A DNA stretch of 64,000 nt from Lytechinus pictus. Lineage: Eukaryota. Positions 46,001 through 59,200 of this stretch are shown here, piece after piece. Within the stretch, counting starts at the first letter, position 1. Each line of letters begins with the position of its first letter. The position numbers were made by a program, and so were the translations under genes. The notes beneath the pieces are model-generated. The model ran no database searches. It was not told the DNA's origin and worked only from the letters and a program-made list of their open reading frames with translations. The DNA is taken from positions 6,016,001-6,080,000 of the forward strand of contig NC_087251.1 in NCBI RefSeq assembly GCF_037042905.1, read 5' to 3'.

Positions 46001-46630
46001 GGAAAATAATAGGTACCTGACAAATCAAATTTTGCGAGCGCGCAGCGCAAGCAGAAAATGTTAATATATTCAGACCATAAAACAAAAATTTTTACAGGTT
46101 TAAAAAATCAATTTGTAAAGCAAACAAAATAATGATAGTTCAATTTCCGAGCTGAAATACGTTTTGTATTTTGACTTCAAAATTTGATATTTTAAGCTCC
46201 ATATTGAGCAAGATATGTAAATCACTAAAAGGCAATGCGAGCGCGAGCGAAAATTTTATATCCCGACATGAAAGATTTTTGAAATTATTTTCCAAGTCTT
46301 CCCCCATTTTATTTTATTCATTCGTCTTCCTCCTCTTATGTTTCTTTTTTTTTTCTCCTCTCTTTTCCCTTCTTTTTCTTTTTTTCTTTAGGTACGCTAG
46401 TGGTGGTGGTGAGTTGAAGTGAGCTTGTACGTGTGAGTGTCTGGGGAGAGAGATGAGGGGGGAGGGGGTATGGGGCAGGGGCCGCGGAACGGTTTTCAAA
46501 GTGGGGGGGGGGGGCTAGCCGACCATGCTAAAAATCACAATCATATGGTAATTTTTACATTTTTGTACACGGTTTCGGAAAAAAGTGGGGGGCTGAAGCC
46601 CCCCCCCCCCCGGTTCCGCGGCCCCATGTG
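40080..46630. repeat. Intergenic block of nested CGCGCTTCGCGCTCGC / poly-G repeats in both orientations
   Basis: 40750-42230 is mirrored in inverted orientation by 43140-43700 and 45460-46330; many AGGGGCGGATCC/CAGTGGCGTA-type ends. Confidence 0.75.
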
Positions 46631-47039
46631 GGGGTAAGGTGAGTGTGTATAACCTTCCTCTAATTAACCTTTAAAATAAATGATCTTTTGTCCTTTTTTT
46701 TCTTGTACAATTAATATGTGCAAAATTATTTCTATTCTATTCAGGGAAAAAAGTCATCTTTGACAAACTCTGTTTTTGATTTGTCGATTGATATGGGTTT
46801 TTCCCCCTCTCCTTTCACAATGTTATGTGGAATTTGGCAGTTAACTTAATTTGTAATAATTATAAAAATATTTGTAATCTCATTGATATTAATATATTTA
46901 TTTGTATCGTATACATGTACAGAATCTTGATTTATATGCATTGTGATTGTAAACTTATTGATTTGAAAGAGGAAGAAAATAAAATATTATTCAAAACAAA
47001 AAAAGTTACGCCACTAAAAACTAGGCTATTTACTCGTAT

Positions 47040-47194
47040 CAAGTTTCAATTTGTGATCCGTGCGTGCTCCTCGCCAGTTAGCTCTCTCAGCTATAGGCTA
47101 TGCGCGCTAGCGCTATAGCTCGCCCATGCGGCGCGCGCGCACTTAATGAAGCTTCATTTCGTTTTGGCGTCGTCGAAGGGCTTCAAGGAACAAA
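47040..47194 (+). promoter_or_regulatory. Putative CpG-rich proximal promoter/5'UTR of the SR-protein gene
   Basis: GCGC-rich unique sequence with an Inr-like TTCATTT just upstream of AAAATG. Confidence 0.5.
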
Positions 47195-47201
47195 ATGCGA
47201 G
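47195..47201 (+). CDS. SR gene coding exon 1 (ATG CGA G)
   Basis: AAAATGCGAG|GTAATA; phase 1 joins exon 2 to give MRDQYLAGRLYVG. Confidence 0.65.
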
Positions 47202-50200
47202 GTAATATTTGGCCTTTCAAAATATTATTTATGTTAAGTGTTCTTCGTGACGATATTAATCAGAATCTGAATATTTAATAATAGCTTTGTTTGGTATACA
47301 ATTCTAAGTGAGTTATCTTGTGAAAATACCGTAAAATGGGATCGAAATGAACCATACGGTAATGTCAATGTATAATTTATAAATGACCATGTCATGTCGT
47401 TATGTCGGCTGATTTTGTGTGAGTGCACGCTTGTGTGTTTTTATTGAGTCCATTCAGACGCGTGATGAGCTATGACTATGAGTATGAGTGCAATGCCAAT
47501 GGTGCAAACATGTGCCATGTGGACCTACTTAGTCTACTCAGTCTTAGACAGCTGGCGGCCGTCTTTTTCGAGGAGTTTTTTTTTCACATTAAATTTTTGT
47601 TTAAATTTCTCCTCGTACACAAGACGGCTCACGATCGTGCAGCCGTCATAGATAGTTAGTGCAAAATCCACCCGACGGGGCTCATCGATTTTTGTCTTTA
47701 TTAGTAATAGTAAATTAGTAATAGTATTACAAAAAAAATATTTTGAAAAACAGAACTAGACCAAAATTAAAGATAATCATCTCTAACGTTAGACTCTAGC
47801 GAGTCTGAAAAAGTGTGACCTTAATAAATTTCCGCACAATCGTTTTGCAAAGCTTTAGAAAAAAAATCAATCAGACAAAGTTAAGATAATTATATCAGAT
47901 GAAGGTTAAAATGCCATAAATTCGGTTGGTATCACATTTTACTTTGGAGACCTCTGCTTGCAAACTGGCATTTTCTTTATGCTTGTCAAGAAGATCAGAA
48001 TTTCTCGGAGCGGACGCAAAAGGTAACAAAATTCGTCAATGTTTTGCTAATATTTTCACCATTTGAGACCTTGCCTTCAAGAAAATTACCATACTGAGTA
48101 ATTTTGGGTCGCTTTTTCTCGGTGATATCTGTTTTTCAAGATATTAATTAGATAAAGAGATATTTGACCATACGCAAAAATAGGTTATGCGCGAATTAAG
48201 GTCACACCACCTTACAGCAGCAAACGTTAGCGCTATGAAAATCATTGCAGAAACAAGAAAACAGGCTTGCATAAACATTTTCACATACATCGCTAACGAC
48301 CGCTCACAAAATGCATTGACATAACTGTGCAGACCAGAATATGTAGATCTACAGCAAAAAAGCAGTATAAATTTGACAGAGAAATGTGCGGAAAGACATT
48401 AAAAATGAATCTTTTTAGGACAATATTGACTAGACTAGGTCAAAAGTTGATTTTCATTTGGGCGTAAAATTACAGAGGATTGGCGAAATTTAATAGGACT
48501 TTTTCTGATGATCAGACGACAATTGTACAATTGCGTGAAAAAATGTATTGAAAAATGGAAATAAATTGCGCATTGCATTATAGGTAATGCAGGGACTTTC
48601 CCTTAATGCGGCAATCAAACTTACATGACTGTATCTGGTCGAAAGAGGGCCAGAGATCGATCAGTGACTATCATAGGCCGAGAAGGGATTGAATAATATA
48701 CAATAATCTCTAGGAGCCTCCTGGCTAGGCGTATCCCCAATACAGTAGCTACATGTAGGGCAGGGATTCTCAAATAGCAGCGCGCGCACCACTTGTGGCG
48801 CACCGAACCTTACTGAGTGGCACATGGGAGCCGGTATGAAAAAATGGGAAAAATATGTATGTAGAATTGATGTTTGATGATAATTTTGCACAAAAAAACT
48901 CATTTGAAAAGCAAGTCAGTTATATTTTAAACTTAAGTCTTTATTGATTTTAGTTTTATTTATTCTAACGTTATGGTTTTTATATGCTTGGTGTATGGAT
49001 TCATGTGCGACTTTCAATAGTATGTGCATCACGATAGAGGTATTATTATACAAATTATCTCTATGATCACAAGTGATCTGATGGCCCCGTTTGTCGGATA
49101 TCTATCACGTTTTCAACTATTTATACGGCTAGTAATTTCGCATTTCCAGATTATACATTGAAAATTGATGAATTGCTCAGATGCAGCATTTGAAATGACA
49201 ATAAAGCCATGCTTTTAATCAACAACTTGGACTCCTGGCAAAGCCCATCATATCGGAAAATGTGGTGACATATATACAGATATAAAATAAAGTTCTTAAT
49301 TTGCATATTAATGTGGCATCACGAAAAGTAAGTCGGGTAAGTTTAACCAAAAAATAATTTTCACAGAAGTTAGTAGTTTTAGACATATTGAAAATCAGAA
49401 ACTTTGTTTCCGAAACCAATTATTTAAAATCCAAGGTTGTGAAAGAGAAATGCTGCAAGGTATTGCCTGCTGTGATGTGTTCATGCCATCGTGAACTAGC
49501 GGTATGGCTGGTATCTTGTGAAAAGTCACTTATCAAAATATAATAAATTGTGTAGTTTGTGTGCATTTGTGTTTCTTGTATCAAATTAGATCCCATCTTG
49601 GCCATTTAAAAAGCCTCATATTCCAAAGCTTCAAGGGGCTCTGCCCCCTCAAGCCCACCAGGGGCCCCTCAGCAATATTTCGCTCGTTAGCGCTAGTGGA
49701 GCAGTGCAGGTTCTCAACAAGAAATGTGGAGCTTCAATAAAAGTAATTGAGAATGACTGAGCTAGGGTATATACATGTAGGGGTGCCTATAATGCCTAAA
49801 TAAAATTTATACAAACAAACTTGATGAATAACTGTTTAAAATGAATTGCCTAAATTTTGACTTAAATACATATAATGAAACTGATTGCTTGATATCTACG
49901 AAAAATATGCGAAAATAACGGCTTGTACAGTACCTTTATTTTTCCTTAAAATGACTAATACCGTTAGCTATTTTTTTATTACATATGTAAATATGAATTT
50001 TGAAATGTGTTTTTCTCATATTGGATCTGCTGCACATAAAATGGTGTCAAAAGTTAATGCAACATTGGATCACCCTAGTATTTTGCAGTTTTCATCTTGT
50101 AACATCAATAATTAAATATGTAACAAAAATTGAATAATTATATGATATTGTATGCATATTAATCACACTAATTAACAATATTTCATTTCACATTTTTGCT

Positions 50201-53200
50201 CCCAAAATGCCTGTCACTGTTTATGTGCTTGGCAAAATGACTACATCATGGGTAGAAATATTTGTTGCAATGATACACAACTTTTGTACTAAAAATTGAG
50301 TTTACAAATTAATCAACCAAATTACTCCAGTTTATTAATTGATTAGGTTGCAGATCTGAGCTGATATACATGTACACGTGTATTTCGTTCCTGCACATTT
50401 TCAAAATTGTGAAATTTAATAACATTTACATGTACATGTAGTTGTTCCCTGCTACTGCCTAGAAAAATGAGGCTCACAGTCATATAAGTTTGTAATTAAG
50501 TAAAATTAACATTCTACCATTCACCGCATCCACCTCACCTGCCCCGCCACCCCTGTTACTTTAAACTTAATGTGCTATAGTTTTTGTTCCTGATATTGTA
50601 TTTTTCTAATTTATAGTAATATATTCAGCCTATACTAGTTTTAGCTTCAAAATAAGATCTTACTAAATAAATTTGGTCAAGATGATGTGATGTACATGTA
50701 ACTCAACAATTTATCCATGGCACTGTGTGGAAAATTGTTCATCCGCCATCCTTTTTGCATACCCAACTTATGAAAAAAAATGTGACCTTTAGTCTAATGG
50801 CATTCCGTCATTTTGCCCAATTAACACTAAGTCTAATTAGACCAAATGGTATATGGACTAATTGGTTATTAGACCAAGTTATTAAATGAAATGGTGTGTG
50901 GACGAAATGGCAATTACTGTAGACCATGTGGATGGTAGAGCAAGTGATAGTAGACGAGTTGGCAATTGGACGAATTGGCATTGGATCACATGAAATAACT
51001 GATTAAAAATATGTGCATTGGTCGATAAATATCATGATTCTCACCTCGATGCTAAAATATCCTGCGCGCTAGACCAGTTTAAAGCTGTTCAGAACTTTTG
51101 TTGGGCTTGGCAGTTCGGCTACATCACTAATTCTGGCAAAGCCAACAAAGTTTTGGATGTTGTTTGAAGGTTTGCATGGGGGCATGTACAATCGCTGATG
51201 TGGTTTACGGTACACCATGTGGAGTGTTATAGAAACAGTGGAAAGAAGAAGAAAAGGAATTGGATAGGCGAGAAAGTGGAGCTTTGAGAGTAGAGTATTA
51301 TTTTCTTGAAAGTAGTCCTGAAAAGGACTGTAAATCAGGAGAGATTGATGAGTTGAAGAAACAGCTTGAGTAGTAGGATGGATGAGGAGTTGCTGGCTTG
51401 AGTCGGCGAGTAAAGATGATGAGTATTTTTTTAGAAGCAGTAGAGAGACTCGACGTTTCGGACAGGTTGACTGTCTGTCTTCAGGAGTGAAGACTGTTTC
51501 TATAACACTCCACATGGTGTACCGTAAACCACATCAGCGATCAACAAAATTTTCTCATTATGAATGTATTATAACATTTATAGAATTTATTTTATGCCAA
51601 TGGGCAATGGATAGTCCAAGAATGTGCTCTGGATTTTAAGCATTTTGTACTGATTTATGCTTACAACTCTCTCATGAGTTGAATGAAATGTAGAGTAAGT
51701 TTTAGGGCAGGTCAATGAACTCTTGCTCTACCCACAAAGTCCTGTGATTCCACATTGGATTGGTGAAAAAAAAAAATTGGAAAAAAAGGAGATCTAAAGC
51801 ATAAGATTAGGGAATACTAATGATTCATGGATTATCCATTGGCATCAAATGTAATTTTTCTGCCAGTTGTAATGATTTTAAAATGAGTTTGTAGTTCGCA
51901 CAGAATCCAATCCATTAATATCCATAAGCTAGATGGAGCTTTTAATATACGCATGCACACAATTCTGTGATGTTTGCTCGCATGCATGACCTTGAGGCCG
52001 AGGAAGAGTACCGGTACTCACTGACACAAACAGTATATGGGGCCATACCAACTCATAAAGTAAATGTACGCACATGCAATAAATAAAAAAATTAAACTTT
52101 TTGCGCGCTTGACCTTTTGGATTACTTTTGTTTCCAGTGGTGTTTAAGTGCTGAGAAATATGCAAAATAAGCATTACATTTTACCAGAATGTCGGGTCTC
52201 TTCCCAAGCAATATTATAAACTGTCCCACATGTGCTTCCCTGTGTTTGTGATCTTTAGTATGATCGTTTTTTTTCAACCTAGATTTCATAATTTCACGAA
52301 GTTCAGTTTATGTAAATGTACCAGATCTAGATCTACGATGATATGTGACAATAGTTTATGTAGTTGCATTTCTTTTTTATGTGTATGATACCATTCTCAT
52401 TTCACAATATCAGACCAATATTTAGCCGGCCGACTGTATGTGGGCAGCCTTGACCACAGCACAACGAAGGAAGACATTGAAAGAGAGTTTAGCAAACATG
52501 GTCACCTTGTTGATATCTGGATGGCGCGCAACCCTCCTGGATTCGCGTTTGTTGAGTTTGAAAATGCTGAGCAAGCAGAATCAGCCCTGAAAGCTCTGAA
52601 TGGTCACGATTTCTTGGGAAGCCGCATTATGGTGGAACCATCTCGTGTCCAGAATGGTCGTGGAGGTCGTGGTGGAGGCAGAGGCGGCGGTGGTGGAAGA
52701 GGCGGCGGTGGCAGGGGTGGAGGAAGATACGATGGTGGTGGTGGTGGAGGAAGATATGACAGCAGACGGGATAGCGACAGGGGCAGATCTGGCGGACCAT
52801 CTAGATCACCGCGAGGCCAATTTCGAGACTACTCTTCAAGCGATTATGGTCGTAGTAGCGACTATAGTCGCAGCAACGATTTTGGTCGCGGTGGTGGTGG
52901 AGACTTCAGCCGTGGTGGAGGTGGTGGTGGTAGCTACAGAGATGACAGCAGAGGGTCCAGATATGGTGATTCCTACAGCTATGGAGAACCAGCATATCGT
53001 AGCCGCTCACCAATACGTCGCAGGTATCGCTTAGTGGATGTGTCAAACTTTTGTGTTAAAATGAGCGAAAGGGGTCGATTTATGTAACACATTACCTAGC
53101 GCAATCCAAATCTATACAACTAAATGCTTCCACCTTTATGCAACTATTTGTATAACTCTACATCGCGTAAACCAAATCTATCAAACTTAAGCTCTCATCC

Positions 53201-56200
53201 TCTCATCTGGTATAAGAACAATTGTATATTTGGAACTTTTCTGTCAATTCTTAAATATTTAGGGATAATAGTTTTTAAATCAAACAAATGGTTTTTCCTA
53301 TTGATACTCTACGACCTTCAGTTTCTGGAGTCTAAGGTCTTTGCATTGAATAATTCCGAATCCTGAAAAAAAAAGCATCAATCAATTCTTACCTGATTGT
53401 AAAATGTCTGGAATATGAGCTCACATGTAATGGTTCAGTGCTCCGTTCTTTGGTATCAATGTGATTCCAATGTTTCTTTCAGAACGCAACTCTACCTTTC
53501 AAAATTGCCACTTGTACACAGAATAGGGTACTATGAACAGGATGGACATAGTTTGCAGAAGTTTTCACAATTCCCTTGGATTGAAGAAGATGAGGAAGCT
53601 ATGTTACCGCGATACACTTACATGTAGTACAGAGCGTATGGATACATTAATTCGCAGTGATCGCAATTGTAAAAAAATCGACCCCTCTTTGCTGATCTTC
53701 AAGCCTCTTTTCTACTAGCGTAGCATCTTCTCAAATGATGCAGTAATATCGCAAAGAGCTTCTCAATTAATAGGATATTAAGACATCACCTCCATACCTA
53801 ACACAATTATCTTTGGAAAATATAATTGTGTGTAATCTACCATCATTTGCCAAGCACTTAGACCTTTCTAGATTTTGTGGATATGTCTTTTTTTTTTAAA
53901 CAAACTTTACTTCATGGCATGGCTTGCAATAGTTTATTAAATCTAAAAAAGTACTCTCCAAAATGTTTATAAACCAGCCATTCATAATGGTTATCAAAGT
54001 ATGCAAAATCACCCTTCACCTTTTCTCGAAACTCATGAGTCATTACTCATTACTGTATGCAACTCATTTTCTAGCTGTTGCATTTAATAGTACCCAACAA
54101 TTTTTATTTGTAACTCTTGTCCTTTTATTCATTTTTTAAAGTCTAGTATATTATTTTTTCATCAGCTGAGTTCTCGAAAGACTAGGAAGTGCATTCCCCT
54201 GTCAATGTACTTAACTCTGCAGTGGATTTTCTACGTACTCCTAGCATGAGGTCTCTATCCATATCGCAATTCGCAATTGTTTATCGCTTCAGTGAAAGTT
54301 TCGTGATAATCCAGCAATAGCGTCTCTCAATCGCGAAGTTCATCAACTCTTTCAATAAGAAGATAAATGGGATATTGTTATCCAGTATCGCATTCACTGT
54401 GTAGTATGAGATTGCTCCTTAATTTTCATCTGAATCGAGAAAGCATCGCGAAGTCTTGATCGTTTGTGAGCGAAGGATAGTTTTATTCAGAGCCTTCTTA
54501 TGAAAGAACTTGTTCTGGAGCAAATTTATGAAAATAAGTGTTTAATTATTTTGAACATATGTGTTAGTGGTCTTAATTATTTTTTGAAATAAAATTTTTG
54601 CCTTTCTTGTGCTGTAGGAGTCCTGCCTTTGCTGCTCCTCCTCCTCCAAGAGGACGTGATTATGGTGGGAGGGATTATGGTGGTGGGCGTGACTTAGGCA
54701 GCAGAGATATTGGCCGAGACTATGCTAGACGGGAACCAAGAAGAGACTATGAGAGAGAACCCAGAGATTATGCACCAGGGCCCTCTCCTAGGTAATTTGC
54801 TTTATATATCTATCTTATTCAGTATTTTGATGTTTCATGTGACTATAGGAAAAAGCCAAATGAAGCACAGAACTTCACTTGGTTTCTGTTGAAAACTTCT
54901 TACAAGTATTTCTGGCAGCAGGCAGGTGGACCTGTCTTGACTCTAAGGGAATAATTTTGATTACCAAATTTGATTAGCATTTTTGGTCATAAGAGAAAAG
55001 TGCTTAAAGGGAAATGAAACCTTTGGAACAAGTAGGCTTGTGTCGAAACAGAAAAATCAAAGAATAAGAACAAAGAAAGTTTGAGAAAAATCGGACAAAC
55101 AATGAGAAAGTTATGAGCATTTGAATATTGCAATCGCTAATGCTATGGAAATCCTCCCATTGGCAATGCGACAAGGATGTGTGATGTCACATGTGAACAA
55201 CTTTCCCTTTGATGGACTATAAAATACTCTCAAAATGTCTCTTTTTGCTTTTTCTTATGGTGATACAAACTCTTTATCCATGATGTATTCTTTAAAAATC
55301 TGTATTACATGCCCTCCTATAAAAAGAATACCGTAAGTAACGGACTATAAACCGCACCCGTGTATTAACCGCACCCCCAACTTTGGACTAAAAAAATAAA
55401 TAAAAAAAATAAAATCCTTCTCACATTTACATGCATATTTGAGGTACGAAGAAACAAAAACTCAGTTAAAGATTTCAAGGTATCCAAAGAGATTACCGGT
55501 ATGCGGAAATCTGCTGTTCTTGATCAATTCATCTAAATGTTAGCAAGAAAGAAAGGTCCCGACAACATTGGCCACTTACACACTCACTCATCTCACAGTC
55601 GCAATGTACACACACACAGCACTGCTGTTCTTACATTGCAAACTACATACGGTACCAGCAGTACATCTTATCAAATTATGATGTGTCTTTCCCGGCGTAG
55701 GAGGAAGAAACATTCACATTTCTTGCATCACAACCTCACAATCACTTTCAGAATTTGTCTAGCATTTGATGTCTTAGCATGAATTTTGGAAACGGGATTA
55801 CAGGAAGGTTCAAGAAACAAAGAAATTGGCATTTTTTCCAATTGTTTTTTACGGCTTCGTGCCGTCTCTCTCGTTGCGTGGTGTACATGGTATCTTATGA
55901 AAAGCAAACGAGAAAGAAAAAATAAGCTGGCGCGAAACGGACTTTGGAGGGGTTAAAATGAATAGCGCCAGCTTAAGTCGCACTACATGTACATAGCCAC
56001 AATACAACGCAAGCTATCTCTCAGCTCGCTCAACTCTCGTTCAGCTGTGACAAAATATTACCGAGTATGCTTGGTTTCTCTTTGAACTTAGCCAGGGTAC
56101 TTCGCTGCTCTGAATCGAGAATAAAGTCGAAATTAGTGTCATGAAGGTGGGTGCGTTTGTTATGGACAATATTTGATTAAGATTGTAATAATCGCTTCCC

Positions 56201-59200
56201 ATTACCCGCGGCTCATACCCCTCTAAATGACATTGCCCTGGGCGGCTACGCCCGGCCACTCGATGTGTTGTGAACTGGCAGAAGTCTTACATGTTCGGGA
56301 CTCGGGAGGGGTTACGGCGGGCTGGCTCAGACCCGTCACCGTGGATAAACCGCACCCCCGACTTTTGCTTCTATCCCGCCGAGAAAAAGGTGCGGTTAAT
56401 AGACCGTTACTTACAGTACATGATCTACTGATAGATGTGATGAAAGAGGCAATTCAAGTGAAATATATACTAAAGTAATAGGGAGAGTTATTCACAAGTG
56501 ACATCACGCATCTTTGTCGCATTGCCAATTTGAGGATCTCCATAGTGATCGCAATATTCAAATGCTCATAACTTTCTCATTATTTGTCAGATTTTTCTCA
56601 AACTTTCGTTGATCTGTTTCGTTGATTTTTCTGTTTTCACACAAGCTATCTTGTTCCAAAGGTTTCATTCTCCTTTAAAGGCCAAGTCAAGTCCACCCCA
56701 GAAAAATGTTGATTAGAATAAACAGAGAAAAAGCAGACTAGCATAATGCTGAAAACCTCATCAAAATCGTATGTAAAATAAGAAAGCTATGGCATTTTAA
56801 AGTGTCGCTTATTTTTCCCAAAACAGTTCTATGCTCATGAGAGAGTTGATGATGTCACTCACTATTTCTTTTGTTTTTTATTGTTTGAATTATACAATAT
56901 TTCATTTTTTACGGATATGACAATTATGACCATCTTGTTTGAATCACAAAATGTTAAAACAATCAAATCCCACATGTTAAGGGAGGAATGAAACTTTGCT
57001 CACATGACATTGAGGAGAAAATTGAAATATTTCATATTTCATATAATAAAATACAAAAGAAATAGTGAGTGGGTGATGTCATCGGTCCCCTCATTTGCAT
57101 ACTGACCAGGATGTGCATAAAACTGTTTGATGAAATCTAGCAAAACTTTAAAATTTCAGATCCAATTTTGATGAAATTTTCAGTGTTATTCTTGTTCTTT
57201 TTCTCTAAGTTCTATTCAAATCATCTTTTTGGTGGGGTGGACTTGTCCTTTAACTTAAGTTATGTCACGTCGTACAGTATGCAGACCTGCCATCCAGTAC
57301 GTTTTAGCCGTATTTAGTACGTTTTTGCAACCAAAATATGGCAGTATGTTTTTTTTTTTTTTTACTAAAACGTAATTTATTGAGAAAAATAATCTCTATA
57401 TGTCTCTTTTTCATAAAACGTACACAAATATGGTTATTAGATCAATGTAATTTCAGGTAACTTGTTTTTTTGTCAGTCATTTTGTTAAAACCAGGGTGAA
57501 GATATATACACATGTTTTAATGTTTTTTTTTTTTCATCTGCAAGAGCAGTGCGCATTTTAGCTTGCATGCAGCTTGAGCGCCGCAATGAGCGAGTGCGCC
57601 AAGCATTAAATACACTTTTTTGGGGAAAAATACATTTTTAAAAATCACAGAATACAGTTTTTCATTCCCAGAGGTTGCGCAGTTCTGCATATTTATCTCA
57701 CACGGTAAAAATACTGATTTTTTTTTGGTCAAAATACTGATTTTGGGGGATAAGAATACTGAAAATGCAAAATACAACTTGGCAGCTCTGAGTATGTACA
57801 GTATATTCCCTGAATATTTCTGTCTGGTAATATCTGAATTGATTTTAGGTTGACTGTAGAACCTCCTAGTTCAAAACTCAAGTTGGCCAAACCATGTTGT
57901 TTTCAATTTGAAAAGCCCTTCCTCAGTTTCAAACTTTTTTATATTGATTAGTCTTAAAGTTTTAACCCATATTCCCACATGAATTAATTACTTCATTTGA
58001 TGGGGGATAAATTCCAGTGCAATTCATGGAATAAGAAGAAGAAAGGATTTGGAATTTTAAACTCTTCCATACTGAAATTTGCTAATTGCATGTGCAAATT
58101 ATGGACCCCTACGAAAAACAGCATTTGCTGATAGGGTGTTCTATCCCACGAGTGGAAAATAAATAAATAAAAAAATTGTCAATGCATATTTTTTGGGTTT
58201 GTAAAAACTATATACTGTGTTTTAGAAATATTTAGAGATTAGTTTATTAATGGATAATCAAGAAGTCGGCATCAACATTGAAATCTTAACCCAAGGTTAA
58301 GGTTTTGAAATGTCATCATAACTTAGATGGACATTAGGACCTAGTTTATGAAACGTGGACATAAGGATAATCGAGATTATTGAACGTTCTGCCTTAATTT
58401 TAGGTCCAAATACCAAGGCCAAAGATCATTTAGGGTCAATGAACTTCGATCATATTGAGGGAATCAACATCAAAATCTTAACCTAAGGTTAATTTTTGAA
58501 GTGCCATCATAACTTAGAAAGTATTTGGACCTAGTTCATGAAACTTAAACATAAGAGCAATTAAGTATCCCTGAACATCCTGTGCGAGTTTCAGGTCACA
58601 TTACCAAAGTCAAAGGTCATTTAGGGTCAAAGAACTTTGATAATGTTGGGGGTATTTGTGGAATTGTCACCTGGTCATAACTTAAAATGTTCATCCGGCC
58701 GGAAGGGCCAGATGAGCTAATGCCGTGGCGTAGTGCTGTAGCCGAACTGCCGAACCGAACGGAAGTTCGCCGAACTTGGCACTTCCGAACCGAACGCAAA
58801 GGCCTGGTTCGGTAGTTCGGTAAAAAAAAAAAGGCACATTAATTTAGCTAATTAAAATGCATAATAGCGGGGACTACGTAGATTTAAGTGTAAAATAAAT
58901 AAAAAAATTATTGGTTAGTGATTGTGCACAATAAGAATTCCACCCAAAATATTTTTAAAATCCACTATGAAAGCTCCCATCTTGTCTTTGATTGGACTGT
59001 TATCAACTTAAGAATATTTTTCATATTTTTAACATGAATTTATTTTTTCTTGATAAAATGAGGGGACATTTGAAGCTAAACTCGGTATAAAAGTGTGATT
59101 AATTACATATTGTCGTAATCGATCGTGATCGTAATCGGACCTAATTATTTTGTATTTAATAAAGAAAAGGACCAGACATAAATTCATTCCTCATAAATGA

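Noticed and set aside
52600..53034. Alternative-frame 144-aa ORF in SR exon 2 (and ORF 63156-63407)
   Set aside because: Shadow frames of GGT/GGA-rich coding sequence
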